64,000 nt of DNA from Eledone cirrhosa. Lineage: Eukaryota. The notes under the pieces are model-generated. The model worked only from the letters and a program-made list of their open reading frames with translations, did no database searches and had not been told where the DNA came from. Of the stretch, positions 42,291-55,097 are shown one piece after another. The stretch is from NCBI GenBank assembly GCA_964016885.1, contig OZ024746.1, forward strand, positions 66,278,001-66,342,000, in the 5' to 3' direction. Made by a program: the position numbers and the translations under genes. The number at the start of each line of letters is the position of its first letter. The first letter of the stretch is position 1.

Positions 42291-42986
42291 AAGGTACAGA
42301 TTATAGTCATATATGAGTGTATATGTGTGTGTGGGGGGTGGGGTGTGTTTGTGTATGTGTGTACATGTATTAGCATATAATATGTATATCTAAACACACA
42401 TATGCAATGTGTGTCTGCATGTTAGTTTCAGAATATTTGCCGATCACTTTAGAAATGTGTGGCATAACAGATATGCATAATTTTCAAATATCCTCTTCTA
42501 CAACTTGTAAATGCTAATGAGATTTCTTTCTAAAATGAAATTCATTGGAATAATCAACTATTTCGGAAATTATTTTGATATTCATTTTCCTTGCTGAGCT
42601 TATATTGGATCCAGTATATATTTGCAAGTCGATGTTAAACCATGGAACTACCTAGCAATAGCCAACACAAACACACAATATAGATGATACTGTCCACGTA
42701 TAATTTATCACTTCGTGTGGGACAAATACACGTAAAATGTATTCAGAAATAAGGAAAACTACATTTTTGCATATTTATCTAAGGAAAACAATTTCCGTGT
42801 TTCAAATATGCTTCCTATATTACGCCATAGAATCTCAGTAACACGAAATATGTCAACATACAAGGAAAGAAACAAAACCCCAGTGAGAGTATTTCAGATT
42901 CTAAAAGCAACATACGGCAAATTAATCATCTGTTTTTGAAAATAATATCTAAAAGGGACAATGTGTTGCATTATATATATATTCTA

Positions 42987-43042
42987 TAAAGTACGAGTAA
43001 TGCACTGGGTATTGCCTGCCTTGTGCCTAAAGTAGAAACAAT
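42987..43042 (+). mobile_element. SINE 3' tail fragment
   Basis: aaagtacgagtaatgcactgggtattgcctgccttgtgcctaaagtagaaacaat matches the SINE tail. Confidence 0.75.
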
Positions 43043-43046
43043 ATTC

Positions 43047-43092
<46 letters not shown>

Positions 43093-43230
43093 TAGAAAGT
43101 GAGGTTTTTTTGTACAAAATGAAAAATAACCGAGGTGTCCTACACGAGTGAAAGTATAAAGAAAAAGAGATGAAATCGAAAATGCAACTGGAGTCTTATT
43201 TATTTGAAAAATATATATATTTATTTGGTT

Positions 43231-43268
43231 CCTTTACCGGTTTCGCAGTTCTTCTGCTTTTCAAAAGG
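43231..43268 (-). ncRNA. Minimal type I hammerhead motif, decayed core
   Basis: Minus strand: cctt-TTGAAAA-gcag-aagaa-ctgc-GAAAC-cg-GTA-aagg. All three stems are intact and the core is two transitions from CTGAAGA. The host segment (about 43090-43520) lies between TA tracts. Confidence 0.65.
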
Positions 43269-43516
43269 TGAGTTGAGATGGAGGGTCTGTGGTTTTTCTC
43301 ACATCTGGTTGGTCTCTGAATGTTACTTGTTTTATATGGAAAAAGTGGCTCGAAATGCCAGGTTTTTCGAGAAGTAATTTGATTGGTTTGTCAATAATTA
43401 TAATATATTTCGCGCCAGTTCGCGTTACAATAGTTCTTCAAATAAGAGGGAAGGGTTGTCACAAGTTGTTTTTTCATATATGAGTGTTTGAATTTCTTTT
43501 TACTTGAAAAAAGGGC

Positions 43517-43574
<58 letters not shown>

Positions 43575-43652
43575 CGTGTGTGTACGAAGCGCTTTTGTTC
43601 CGTACATGAACATGAATAAATAATATAATATATATACAATATCATATTATAT

Positions 43653-43845
43653 TATAATTGTTTCTACTTTTGGCACAAGGCCAGCAATTAGCCAGTGTAT
43701 TACTAGTACTTTATTTTATCGACCCCGTAAGGATGAAAGGCAAAGTTAACTTCGGCGGGATTTGAACTCAGAATGGCAAGGTCGTAACTCTATGCGTCAA
43801 AGCATGGCGTCCGACCCTCTACCGATACTGCCAATCCACCTCCCT
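43653..43845 (-). mobile_element. Nin/Deu-domain SINE, full length
   Basis: Family homology with A and B boxes. Confidence 0.92.
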
Positions 43846-44520
43846 CATTATTATAATATTTATAGATGTTCATACACGAAACAGGAGTACTACGTAAGGG
43901 TTCAAGTCCCAATACTGACCCAATATTGACCGTTGTACGAGGGATCAAAATTGTGACCTAACTTTTGGCGCTTATACGAAGTTATAATATGAGGTTGAAA
44001 TTAATGAGTGCTAAAAACCTTAGCTTACGAAAAACGTATTATAACAAAGACAAATATTTCCAAATGTGGTTGTGTCTCTAATTGTGAGTATCAGTGTGTC
44101 TGAATTTGTAAAATATATATGGAAACGAGAGCACAAATGTAGAGCGGGACAAACGCAGATTAATAGACATAAAGAATTTACGTATACATTTATAGACGAA
44201 CATAATTCTACTCATACAGGGTTCAACAGACACACTCACTCATGTAATTGACTAAGCACTTAAAGAATCCTGTTCATTCTAATTTTACAAAACAATATTA
44301 TACATGTTTCAAGTCAAACAAAAGCGCTTTTTGAAACGGTATAATGGATTACATTGATATTCCAAAAAACTTACACCCCAGGCGTTGAGTAATTATTACT
44401 GAGGCGGCAACATCTTTTTATTTTTCTATTAATAAACATCTTTACATATATATTTTGTATTTGTGTATGGACATGTACACACACACACGCACGCACAGAC
44501 ACACAGAGACACACGCACAG

Positions 44521-44590
<70 letters not shown>

Positions 44591-44619
44591 TTATATATAT
44601 ATACATATCGCAGTGCAAT

Positions 44620-45235
44620 CTTACGTGATTGGTATTACACTGAAGCAGTAGGAGAAGTTCAAGTGCCTCGGGGCCGTGTTCACGAGTGATGAAACGCAGT
44701 AAGCTGAATTTAGTGCAACAATTGCAGGAGTTGGTGTAGTAATTCGCCTGCTTTAATATTCGGTAATCAGAAGGAAGGTATGTGTAAAAGCCAAACTCGC
44801 TATCTTCAATTCGATATGAATCTTGGGTAACGACCGAAAGAATCAGATCGTAAAAACAAGCTGCCGAAATGGGTTTTCCTCCGTTGGGTAATTTGGATTA
44901 AGATTACTCATTAGCGTGCGCAGCTCGGAGATCAGATTTTCACTCAAGGTAGAGAGGCTACTTCTCCAAATTGAGAGATCACATTACCAATGCTACGAGC
45001 ATGCGGTTCGAATGCCTCAAAAATTAATTGTTGCACAGACTTTCCGTACAAAACCAACCTGTAAGAGACCCAAATGTAGAGGCCGAGAAAGATGTTTGGA
45101 TAACATACATGAGCTTGACTGTACTTGCTCGGGCATCCTGCCGAGTCATTTGGAGACAGTTGTTTCTGACAGGAGGCGCTGGAACAGGTATTTGAAGACT
45201 GAACCCACGACCTTATCAGGAATAAGTCGTTGAAT
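44620..45235 (+). mobile_element. RTE (Expander/Rex3-like) 3' fragment
   Basis: LKQ*EKFKCLGAVFTSD upstream. ORF 44916..45233 has VERLLLQIERSHYQCYEHAVRMPQ...KPTCKRPKCRGRERCLDNI...VSDRRRW. Confidence 0.85.
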
Positions 45236-45420
45236 AATAATTGTTTCTTCTTTTGGCACAAGGCCAGTATTTACCCAGTGCATTACTGGTACTTTATTTT
45301 ATCGACCCCCGTAAGGATGAAAGTCAAAGTTAACCTCGACGGGATTTGACTCAGAATGGCAAGGGCCATAACTCTATGCGTCAAAGCATGGCGTCCGACC
45401 CTCTACCGATACAGCCAATT
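45236..45420 (-). mobile_element. Nin/Deu-domain SINE, near full length
   Basis: Family homology. It lies tail-to-tail with the RTE fragment. Confidence 0.9.
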
Positions 45421-45459
45421 TCCCAAATAATAATAACAATATATGTATATATAAATATA

Positions 45460-45582
45460 GTGAAGGCGTGAGACTGTGTAGTTAGAGAATTTTATTCGCA
45501 ATGGTGAGGTTGTGAGTTCGATATCCGGACCGCGTGATGCGTTATGTCATTGAGCAAGATACTTTATTTCACGTTGCTCCTT
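45460..45582 (+). mobile_element. Second tRNA-derived SINE family (head plus CORE-like body)
   Basis: gaaggcgtgagactgtgtagttag (A-box-like), gagttcgatatcc (B box), then gtcattgagcaagatactttatttcacgttgctcc. Confidence 0.6.
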
Positions 45583-45676
45583 CTGCCTGAAGTTGCGACC
45601 GATAGATAGTATCAGCAATTGGAAATACCAAAGGAAACAATGTTTCCTCTGTCCGATTTGAATAAAGTCGAGCGAC

Positions 45677-45714
<38 letters not shown>

Positions 45715-46157
45715 GAGAGAGAGGGGGGAGTGAGAGTAGCATACGTAAAAAAAGTGTCTTTTACATCCGTTGAATAGTGTTGCAACGGAATGCAGTGTTT
45801 TACATATTTGCCAATTTCTTTTAATAAAATAATATTTATCCGGAAGCCAATGTGTATTGTATAAACTCTTCATAAATGCTTTATAAACTTGCATTTAATA
45901 TATAGCATGCTCATCAATAAACTGATTGTTCGCTCTTTTAAGAAAATTCACTTTTGTATATTGCAGACATGTTTATGTCAAACGGTATTGTTTACAATAA
46001 TCAATAAATGATGTTACATTGAAATAACATTAATTCTTTATAATGGATGTTGTTTGAAATAGAAAATTCGTACCCATCGTATACATAATATAAATATAGC
46101 CATTTCGATACACACACAGACTTCTCTCACACACACACATGTATATATGTGTGTGTG

Positions 46158-46192
<35 letters not shown>

Positions 46193-46243
46193 GATAAAAT
46201 TAAACAAGGACGATGTGTTTCTCTTTCATTACGCTTATTGGTT

Positions 46244-46308
46244 GGTGACGCGCGTTTCGCTATTTATCAGCTCAATGTTCGATCTGTATCGATCTGGCTC
46301 ATCGGACC
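46244..46308 (-). ncRNA. Type I hammerhead motif (CCGAUGA core variant)
   Basis: Minus strand: ggt-CCGATGA-gc...gatcgatacagatc...gc-GAAAC-gcgc-GTC-acc. Loop 3 is palindromic and the triplet is GUC. Stem I is short. Confidence 0.6.
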
Positions 46309-46633
46309 GCTGCTGTTGTAATGACAGAATAAAAATATAAAGCATAGAGATGTCTAACGTTTCGCGTTCATATTGTGGTTAATTCATGTTGATTGGTGGT
46401 TTAGTTATGAGGAATGTGTTGGGATGTGTGATAGGTGTGTGTGTGTGGGGGGGGGGGGGGGGCTAGTTGAGTTAACATACATGTAAACATATACACGCTC
46501 ATACAAATACAAAATAAATATGTTGGTGTATACATACACCCCCCTCCCCCACGTACAAACACAAACACACACATATATTTATATATATATATATACACAC
46601 ACATATATATATGTATATATATATATATATATA

Positions 46634-46666
<33 letters not shown>

Positions 46667-46912
46667 CAATACAGTCACACGCATTGATTATATAAATATG
46701 TATATATATATATTAATAAAAGGAAGATTGCGAAAGCATGATACTACTTGTTCAATTAACACTTAACATTTAATATTCTACCATATTATTTCATTCTAAT
46801 ACCATTATAAATTTTAAAGGATTGTAAATAAAACGAGTATATCAGACAAAGTTGGAATTCCTTTTATTAATATAATCTTCTATACACAATCATACACACC
46901 CGTGTATATTTA

Positions 46913-46946
<34 letters not shown>

Positions 46947-47045
46947 CTAAAGTAAACAAACCACTGTCCGGATGGCCTCCAAAAACAACGGTCACCTTTT
47001 TGAAAGGGTATGTCAATTATCTATTTGTAAAACTGTTATATATTG

Positions 47046-47110
47046 TATTTTGTCTGATGAAGGCATACCATGATTTAACTTGGTACCCTTGAAATATATA
47101 TAATGAAATA
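47046..47110 (+). ncRNA. Type I hammerhead ribozyme motif, intact core
   Basis: tattttgt-CTGATGA-aggcatacca-tgatttaact-tggtaccctt-GAAA-tatata-TA-atgaaata. Stem I is 8 bp with two G-U pairs. Confidence 0.8.
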
Positions 47111-47258
47111 AATATGGTTTTATAAATATAGTTTCCATTTATTAATACTGTATATCTACTCCAAATATTTGTCGAGTGCTTTATATCAGTTATAATAATA
47201 TTTGCTTGTTGTATCCCAACAATTTAAATTGAACTTTTGCATATATATATATATATAT

Positions 47259-47790
47259 GGTGGCTGCCAACTCCTTTTCGAGTATGGCCACTACTTTATA
47301 TCCATTTAGGAGAACCCCTACCGATGCGCTGAACAAGTGTGACTTTTTAGTCCAGCCAGCGACTTGAAAACTCTGGTACAAACACTACACTTGTGACAAT
47401 TATTGACACATAGTGCTGGGTCCATGGTACCATGTGACGACAAGTGCAGAGAGATCTCCAGATATAAAGCAATGCCTGTGCCGTGAAGCTTTTATAGTGA
47501 GCAAAGGCACTGCACAAAGCCAGTCCCACTCTCTTAACCAAGATGATATTTACCAAAAAGAAGAACACGTCAACATCATTGGATACCATCAGGGTTGCAG
47601 GTGTTATATCAGAGTTTTCCTTCTCCTAGAATTCTGCCTTGACAAAGGCTAAGGGGTCATCTCACCCGGTGATTTTGGATGGCCATTGACTCTTAAGAGC
47701 TCCTTTGCCCTTTGACAGGTTTTGTTTTTAGTCTTGCCGGATGTCCAAAGTCACCCTCCTCACCAAGAACTCTTGGTGGGGTTGCCAGTT
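47259..47790 (-). mobile_element. Non-coding 530-bp interspersed repeat, probably an RTE 5'UTR-derived non-autonomous element
   Basis: High identity to 62541..63031. The minus strand has caaggcagaattctaggagaaggaaaactctg, which resembles the conserved RTE 5'UTR motif. It is flanked by TA tracts. Confidence 0.75.
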
Positions 47791-47793
47791 AAA

Positions 47794-47827
<34 letters not shown>

Positions 47828-47857
47828 CGCATATATATATGTATATAAATATATATG

Positions 47858-47895
<38 letters not shown>

Positions 47896-48387
47896 CGTGT
47901 GTATGTCTGTGTGTCGATACGAATATACCTGTTGGTCGCGTCACATCCGTATCGCCTGCGTGCATGCATACTCGTGACTGATAGGCAGAAGCGCCTACAA
48001 CGCCTACAACGGAGGCAGCGAAATATCTTTTGCATTTGATTCCATCCTGACAGGCCTTCCACCGAGCTCTCTTCCCCTCTAAGCTGACACGACGGTTTGC
48101 CTCAAATACACAGGTAGCCGGTAGAATGCTGGGTTCATCAGCCTGGGTGAAAAGTAGTCAAAAGGATTAAGATGAGCGGTGTTGGGTTAGGATATGATGT
48201 ACTTATCTACTAACTACCTCATATGAATAGCGACTCCCACGACACCTAAACAAAATCATACGACATAGGATTCTCGCTATAATTGACCCTGCTTAACTTG
48301 CTGCAATAGAAAATCCCCTACTTAACCCACTAAGCATCAACGAAAGTTGCGTCAGCCATTTTAGTGACCCACCCTGACAAATATATC

Positions 48388-48419
<32 letters not shown>

Positions 48420-48420
48420 G

Positions 48421-48504
48421 GAACGAGTAGGACCCCGACGGCTGAGCTCAAGCCGTTTCGACGGCTAATTCTGAACTAAAATGTTTAGTCCAGAATTAGC
48501 CGTC
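48421..48504 (-). ncRNA. 3' half of a hammerhead motif (stem II-GAAA-stem III-GUC)
   Basis: Minus strand: gacggctaattctggactaaa-cat-tttagttcagaattagccgtc-GAAAC-ggct-tgagctc-agcc-GTC-ggggtcctactcgttc. The CUGANGA half is absent. Confidence 0.55.
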
Positions 48505-49264
48505 ATGTTTGAGAGACACTCTGTATATATAGACTGTCGGGAACTAATAGTTGAAACGACAATAGCTCAGCCATTATGTCCCTTGTTCTATGTTGATTTA
48601 TTTATATATATATTTTAATACATATATATACATATACGTATAAATACATACACACATTCTGTAAAACATACACATACATACTTGCAGAAATGCTGAACGA
48701 ATTGAAGAAATAGACTTTTGTGTAAATACCACATATACTCAGGCATACGCGGGCACGTTCACAAACGAAATTTCACATGATATTATATGGTGGTTCAAAG
48801 GACGCAACCTTTCCTTCAACTTCATTCCGGATTAATTGAAATAATCGACATACATAACAGAATTGTTTGCGTGTATGATAAAGGTCGTTAAGCTTTAAAT
48901 TTATGGGGAAAATACTACATAAATCGTGCATTAGTTCTTTATTTTTTTTTTAAATGATATTTCTATTTGCTATTGCTTGCATTATTTCCGTAATACAATG
49001 TTTTAGTTATTTTGTAATAGAATAATAGAAAATTTAAATTTTTCTATATTTTTCAAGATTAAGAGAACTTTTAAAATGTACATTCTTTTTATCGATGCAA
49101 AAGGTTAGTGTTCAATTTTCCTTAGTAACTACACCTATATGTTCCCTCAAACTTCTTCATTCTTTCTTTCATATCTGAAAATGTGTCTGAAAGAGATATA
49201 GAATTATAAACACTCACCAGCAATTACACACTCATATGCGCACACACACATACTTTCTCTCTCG

Positions 49265-49299
<35 letters not shown>

Positions 49300-52200
49300 T
49301 TATATTTATACTCGCATGCTTACATAAATACTAAAATATATGTCTTACAATTACATTATTAAATTGATCCTTCTAATGTTAATTCCCATGAATCAGTGAG
49401 ATTGTAAAACCGTATTAAGTCCATGCATAAAAGTATAGATAAATTTTCATCTATTAACTTGTTTTCAACAAATATATTGCTATCAAACTGTGGGATATAT
49501 GTTGTAGAATCCCTCTTTTCATAACATGTAAATAGTTAATAAATAGTTGTATAGTATCACTCCATGGTCTGTAGTGGTGTATCATTTTATTTAATGAATG
49601 TCGACAAAGATTAAACTAGGCAAGGCGATGCCACTTTTCTATGTATATAGTATATTTCCCCTCATTATAAGGAGGCAAAAATGTATGTTTTTTTTAAATA
49701 AAAAATCAGGCATAACATACATTTCAGATGATCGTAATATTTTCAGTCCAATAATGTTTGACATAATTACACATAACCTCACACAGAATCTTAATTAAAT
49801 TAACTGAGACAAACTGCTGCAGTAGTAAATCTACGTAACAGTTAGAAATCTAACTGTTTTAGAGATAATAATTTTTTTCAGAATGATTTATTCTCATTCG
49901 AACAAGTTAAGTTTTACTACTATACTTCTGTAACAAGATTCATCACTGGTCATCCCAGTGGATTTAGTAGATGTTGTGTATATTCTGATTCGCTCAATAT
50001 CCTCGCTATATGACTACGGTACTCAGCAGTATACTTTCTTTCCAAATCATATCCATCACTTGTAAGACATAGACATTTTACTACCAATGACTATAGCCCA
50101 AGCATTATTTTTTTAAATTGTAGATCTCTATGGAACACACCGTATACATCTTGAAAATGTATGTTCTATTACATCAGTGTCACAAAATTTCCTGACACTG
50201 ATTTGTTTAATTTTCAAATTGTCTCATGGATTCTTCAACCCTTTATTCTTATCAAATCTTCCACGCCGAGATCTCATTACCTGCCATCTGTCATACTCTT
50301 TTCTATGATAGGACAACACCCATATCATTTATTCATATCATCGATACACACAAATACTGAGCATCTACACATACAATAAATTATCTAATGTAAAAAGCTC
50401 ACACTCCAATGCTGCTAAATTTTTATTGAAAAATCTTCATCTCATCGGCTGATAATGCTCTGCTAAACATAAAACTAAGTTTCTAATGATCACTTATGGT
50501 TAGAAGATACAATTGCACCCTATATGTGGGCTACGTTTGTCTACCTCGGAATGTATAATCACGAGACATATACACGCTTAGAGTGGAAGAACAGGCCCTT
50601 CAACTGACTCTCTTTTCGAAAGAACACACTCCAAGAAAATAATGTTAATACCAGTGGCTGATAATATTTCAGAGCTCAATACGCTTCAGAATGACTAATT
50701 TCATATATTCTGGGCGTTTATACTTCTGCTATAAACAAATACTCTGAATCCCTTAAAAACAATCATATTAGATTGCTTGATAGCGACTCACTGACCGAAA
50801 AGCTGTAATGAAATCGTTTAAAAAATTCTTAGCTTCATCTTGCTGTCTCTTCATAGATACAATTGGTGTTAAATATCTTAATGCATGCCCATTCTTTCAG
50901 ATGCAGTCACTAATTACTATTAATCTCATTAGACTTCTATTTACCCTAACATCTTGCACACCTCTTCCATCTAACACATAAGAATCTGCTCCATGTAAAA
51001 TTTGTCTTTATATATTGAGTCACCAGAATTATAATCACTTCGAAATATCTCGCAATTCATTGCTCTAAGAACCAATGAACTTCGAATGCGATATTCCAGA
51101 ATGTGTTTCACACAATATGCACCTCGCATATCAGATATGCGGTGCATATTCTATTACATTTATAGCTTTCCTAAACCACATAGGTACTACACCGGAATCA
51201 TTGTCATGAATTACCTCGGTAACAGAGTCCCACATCTAGTCCAGATTTACATTTATTTCACTGTAATTTCTATGTTGACTTAAATGACATTTGCCATTCG
51301 CAGCTTATTAGCTTAGCTTATTCCTTGTCAACAAAACTCACAACCCTGTAACTGGCACATGTTTCCTCCTCTCACCACCTATATTAGTTCCTTCATCAGA
51401 TTCCACACGAACCATTTGTACAACCTTTACCTCGTGAACATGATGCCTTCAGAATTGTTTCATATTTCCTATTTTTCCTCAAGTGCTGTATTTGAGGAAC
51501 AGCAACACAGTTAATCGCAGAAATCTTGGAGCGTCTACGCATGATTTGATTGGCGTAGGTTCCTGCAGACCATAATTTAGTATTGAAAATAAAAATCTTA
51601 TAAACCACACCATTATATATGGTCAGCTAAAATAGTATAAATATCAGCTTATCGATAACATCCTACTGTCGTAAATTAAGCAAGAACACAAGATAATTCT
51701 AAAAACGAGATGTTCATGGCTAGAATACAATTTCTATTAGGCTTATTCGATTATGATTGACATGAGACTAAACAAAAACCACGCTTATTTTGTAAGACTT
51801 ACTACGGTTATCACTATTCCACATTATATCTGTGCCTCCTCTTCTTTCATTTAGTCTAAGTAATAAGAACAAACCTGATTCGATATTATCACAGCCACCC
51901 CTCACCTAACTGAAACAATTATGTCTCCGATCTAAATCCAATCTATTTACAGTCGTGATCTCATGAGAGTTCTAGGCTAACATAATTCTAATCCAGCATA
52001 CAGAGCAAATAATGCGTGTAGTCATAAATATATATCAGTTTCACCTTGCTATATTGCCAAGCTAGACTTGCATCAGGAAATAGGCGGACAGGACTTAATA
52101 TGTGAAAAGTAACAAGAGGTTCCATAACTATATAAGTTTTACATACAAATGGACTGTACGGTCAAACTACACCGATTTGTTTTGAATCTTGGATCCAAAG

Positions 52201-54736
52201 TTAACAAAATATATTGATCTATCTGTGAATAGTAGGTTCAAACTTTGGAAGGTTCAAATTTGGAATATACTTCATGCTGGGAGGAAGGCTATATGTATTT
52301 AGAGTTTTAAATCTTTCTTCGATAATTAAATTTCAAGGACACATATTTCATATTATTTTGTCTGTTTAAAACATAACAAGATTCGTCAATTACTTTATGA
52401 TGTTACAATTGCTATTATATTTTACCATTTAGCGTTGATTAAGTAGATGTCATGTATATAACTAATCAATACATCCTGTGGATATTATCATGAAATCCAT
52501 TCATCCAGATAATCTGTTACCTTCACGGGATTAGAAGCAATCTACGCACGATAAAACTGATTTATCGTATGAAGTAAAGTGTAAAGTTATGACTGCTTTT
52601 TTTCTTCTGGTGGTGTTAGTTTTATGTTATCTCACATATATATTCATATATTTCTAGATGCACTTCATGTGAATAAAATAATAAAATATTTATGGCATGA
52701 ACACAACATTGTCCATCGTAGGTCTAATCAATGAGAGTTATCCCAAAATTAAACTACAATAACAATGTAGTACATTACCCATACTTTTCTACAATAAATC
52801 GTAAAAATAAAGTAGGAAATATTTGACTTGGGCACAAAACGTTAGAATGCAGAAATATACCAACTAAATAAACCTGATGAATATATCTATAATTGTCTAT
52901 ATTTGGCTCTATCTTGAATGACAGAAGCAAAATAACCAGTATAATACTATTACCTATAGATTATATATTATATTGTAATTCGCTTTATTATTCTCTGAAC
53001 TATATGATAAATGTTTATTTACATTCGCGCATAGAATGTTCTCTGACTTCCTTCTAAGATTTTCAATAATAAGAAAATATATAAATAAAGAGTAAATGAA
53101 AATTTCGTTAAATCAAAGCTATTATTTCTCAAATATAATAGATATTTAATCCAATTCGAAATTTCCGAATACAATTTTCCATTAGCAAAAATTATCTTTG
53201 TCGGCAAGCAGACATATATTTTCTCCATTCGTTATCATCTAATCGATATAATATTTAAGACGTTCCTACGCCAAATATTGTGATATTATCTTTGAAAGTT
53301 CTTACCTCTGTCATTATTATACCTTATCAAAGCACTAAAGAAATGAACATTTGCAATAAGAGAATCTTCTCTATCTTAACACTATTGTCTTAATAAATAG
53401 TTTATGCGTGCCTTAGAGTTCATCTTAACACTAACCTCTACTTCAAACTAATCTGCTTTTTGAATGGTAACAAGATTCACAGGCAGAGGCTATATCTACC
53501 GCATAATTCGGACTAACGTTGTATTTATGAACATAATATCAAAGAGTAATGCCAAATTTGTTGTACAAATTGTAATATTGAAAGGATAAAATATTAGTCT
53601 GGATGAACGTTTTGGCAAAATAAATGTTCTATGTCAACTTACATAGTAAGAATAACCAGGTTACTGTCAAGGCAAATGCCATTCTCTATGTTACCCTTCA
53701 CGAAAGCTTTCAGTAACTATACTACATAAATCTTCTCAACGTAGATGTTTGGAAGATAAGATATATGACAAACCTTCTACCAAGATCCAGTAGCACAACT
53801 TCATAAATACTGGACCAAACACTAAAAGCTATGGCTAATTTGCTCTGTTCGTTTGACAAGTAAGACACAAAAGGCGGACATTCATATTTGGTTTGTAATT
53901 GTATAAATTGTATAAATATTATATAACTTCTTATGTAACACGATATCAGGACTGTGGCTTTCCTAAGTATGTTTAGTTTACATTCAAATTATAAATATAC
54001 GTTGTATAGGTTGATGCGTACAAATTACGGCACTGGTTACAATTTGTCTAATGAAAAATTCTGCGTTTGACTTTCAAATAATTTGTAAAATAAAGAAAAA
54101 TGTGGAATATTTCAGCAATATAAATAATTATAGCAATAATAAATCTGTTTTGGGAACGAAAGTTATAGATTCTTGCATAATGTTATCCACTTAAAATGGA
54201 AAGCTCTTAGATGAATATAAACCCTTCAACATAAGCAGTGTAGAACTGGAACCAGTTTCTGTGGATTTGGTATTAAAATGGTTAAATGACGGGTAGTTAT
54301 TTCATAGCATATCATAAAGTTTCCGGTCAAACACAGCAGACTTTTCACTCAGGATATATGCTCGAAGAATGCAATCAGATTTAAACATAAAAAAACTGGC
54401 ATACAAACACAGACACACACAGTCTCCCACTCTCTAGTTTGTGTTTCATATATTGCGGCAACAGCGGGAATTAAAAGATAACATTTGTGAGGAGAAATGT
54501 TTAACTAAATATAGACCTTACACTAATAACGCACCAGGAGCTGAGACGAATTCTGGAAACTTAATACACACCATGAGGTTTCCATATTATTACCGTGTAT
54601 ACTGTGGTTATTTGTTGAATGATATAATGGAATCATAAGATAAAAGTCTTATTCTATTTCGTCACCTCCTTCACCATCCTCCCCGTTGCCGTATCACTAT
54701 TCTATCCGTCTCAGAGTTCGTGAAGCCTAATATTTA

Positions 54737-54876
54737 TAATAATTGTTTCTTCTTTTGGCACAAGGCCAGCAATTAAGCCAGTGCATTACTGGTGCTTTAT
54801 TTTATCGACCCCGTAATGATGAAAGGCAAAGCTAACCTCGGCGAGATTTGAACTCAGAACGTAAAGGGCCATAACT
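54737..54876 (-). mobile_element. Nin/Deu-domain SINE, 5'-truncated
   Basis: Family homology. Confidence 0.88.
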
Positions 54877-54885
54877 AATATGTGT

Positions 54886-55097
54886 AATAATGGTTTCTTA
54901 TATAGACACAAGGGCAGCAATTTTGAGGGAGGGGAAAGTCGATTAAATCGACCCCAGTGCTTGACTGGCAGTTTATTCTATCGACCCCGTAAGGTTGAAA
55001 GGCAAAGTTAACCTCGGCGGGATTTGAACTCATATCATAAAGGGCCTTAACGCTATGCTGCAAAGCATGTTGTCCGACGCCCTACCGATATTGCCAT
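54886..55097 (-). mobile_element. Nin/Deu-domain SINE, longer subfamily
   Basis: Same head and central domain plus an extra about 30-bp segment (ttgagggaggggaaagtcgattaaatcgac) that the other copies lack. Confidence 0.88.

Noticed and set aside
47975-48035. CTGATAG-gc...gc-GAAATATC hammerhead-like string
   Set aside because: The core deviates from CUGANGA and stem I cannot form.
49900-52250. Possible very old minus-strand LINE
   Set aside because: The composition is suggestive, but no RT motif could be read with confidence. A translated HMM search is needed.
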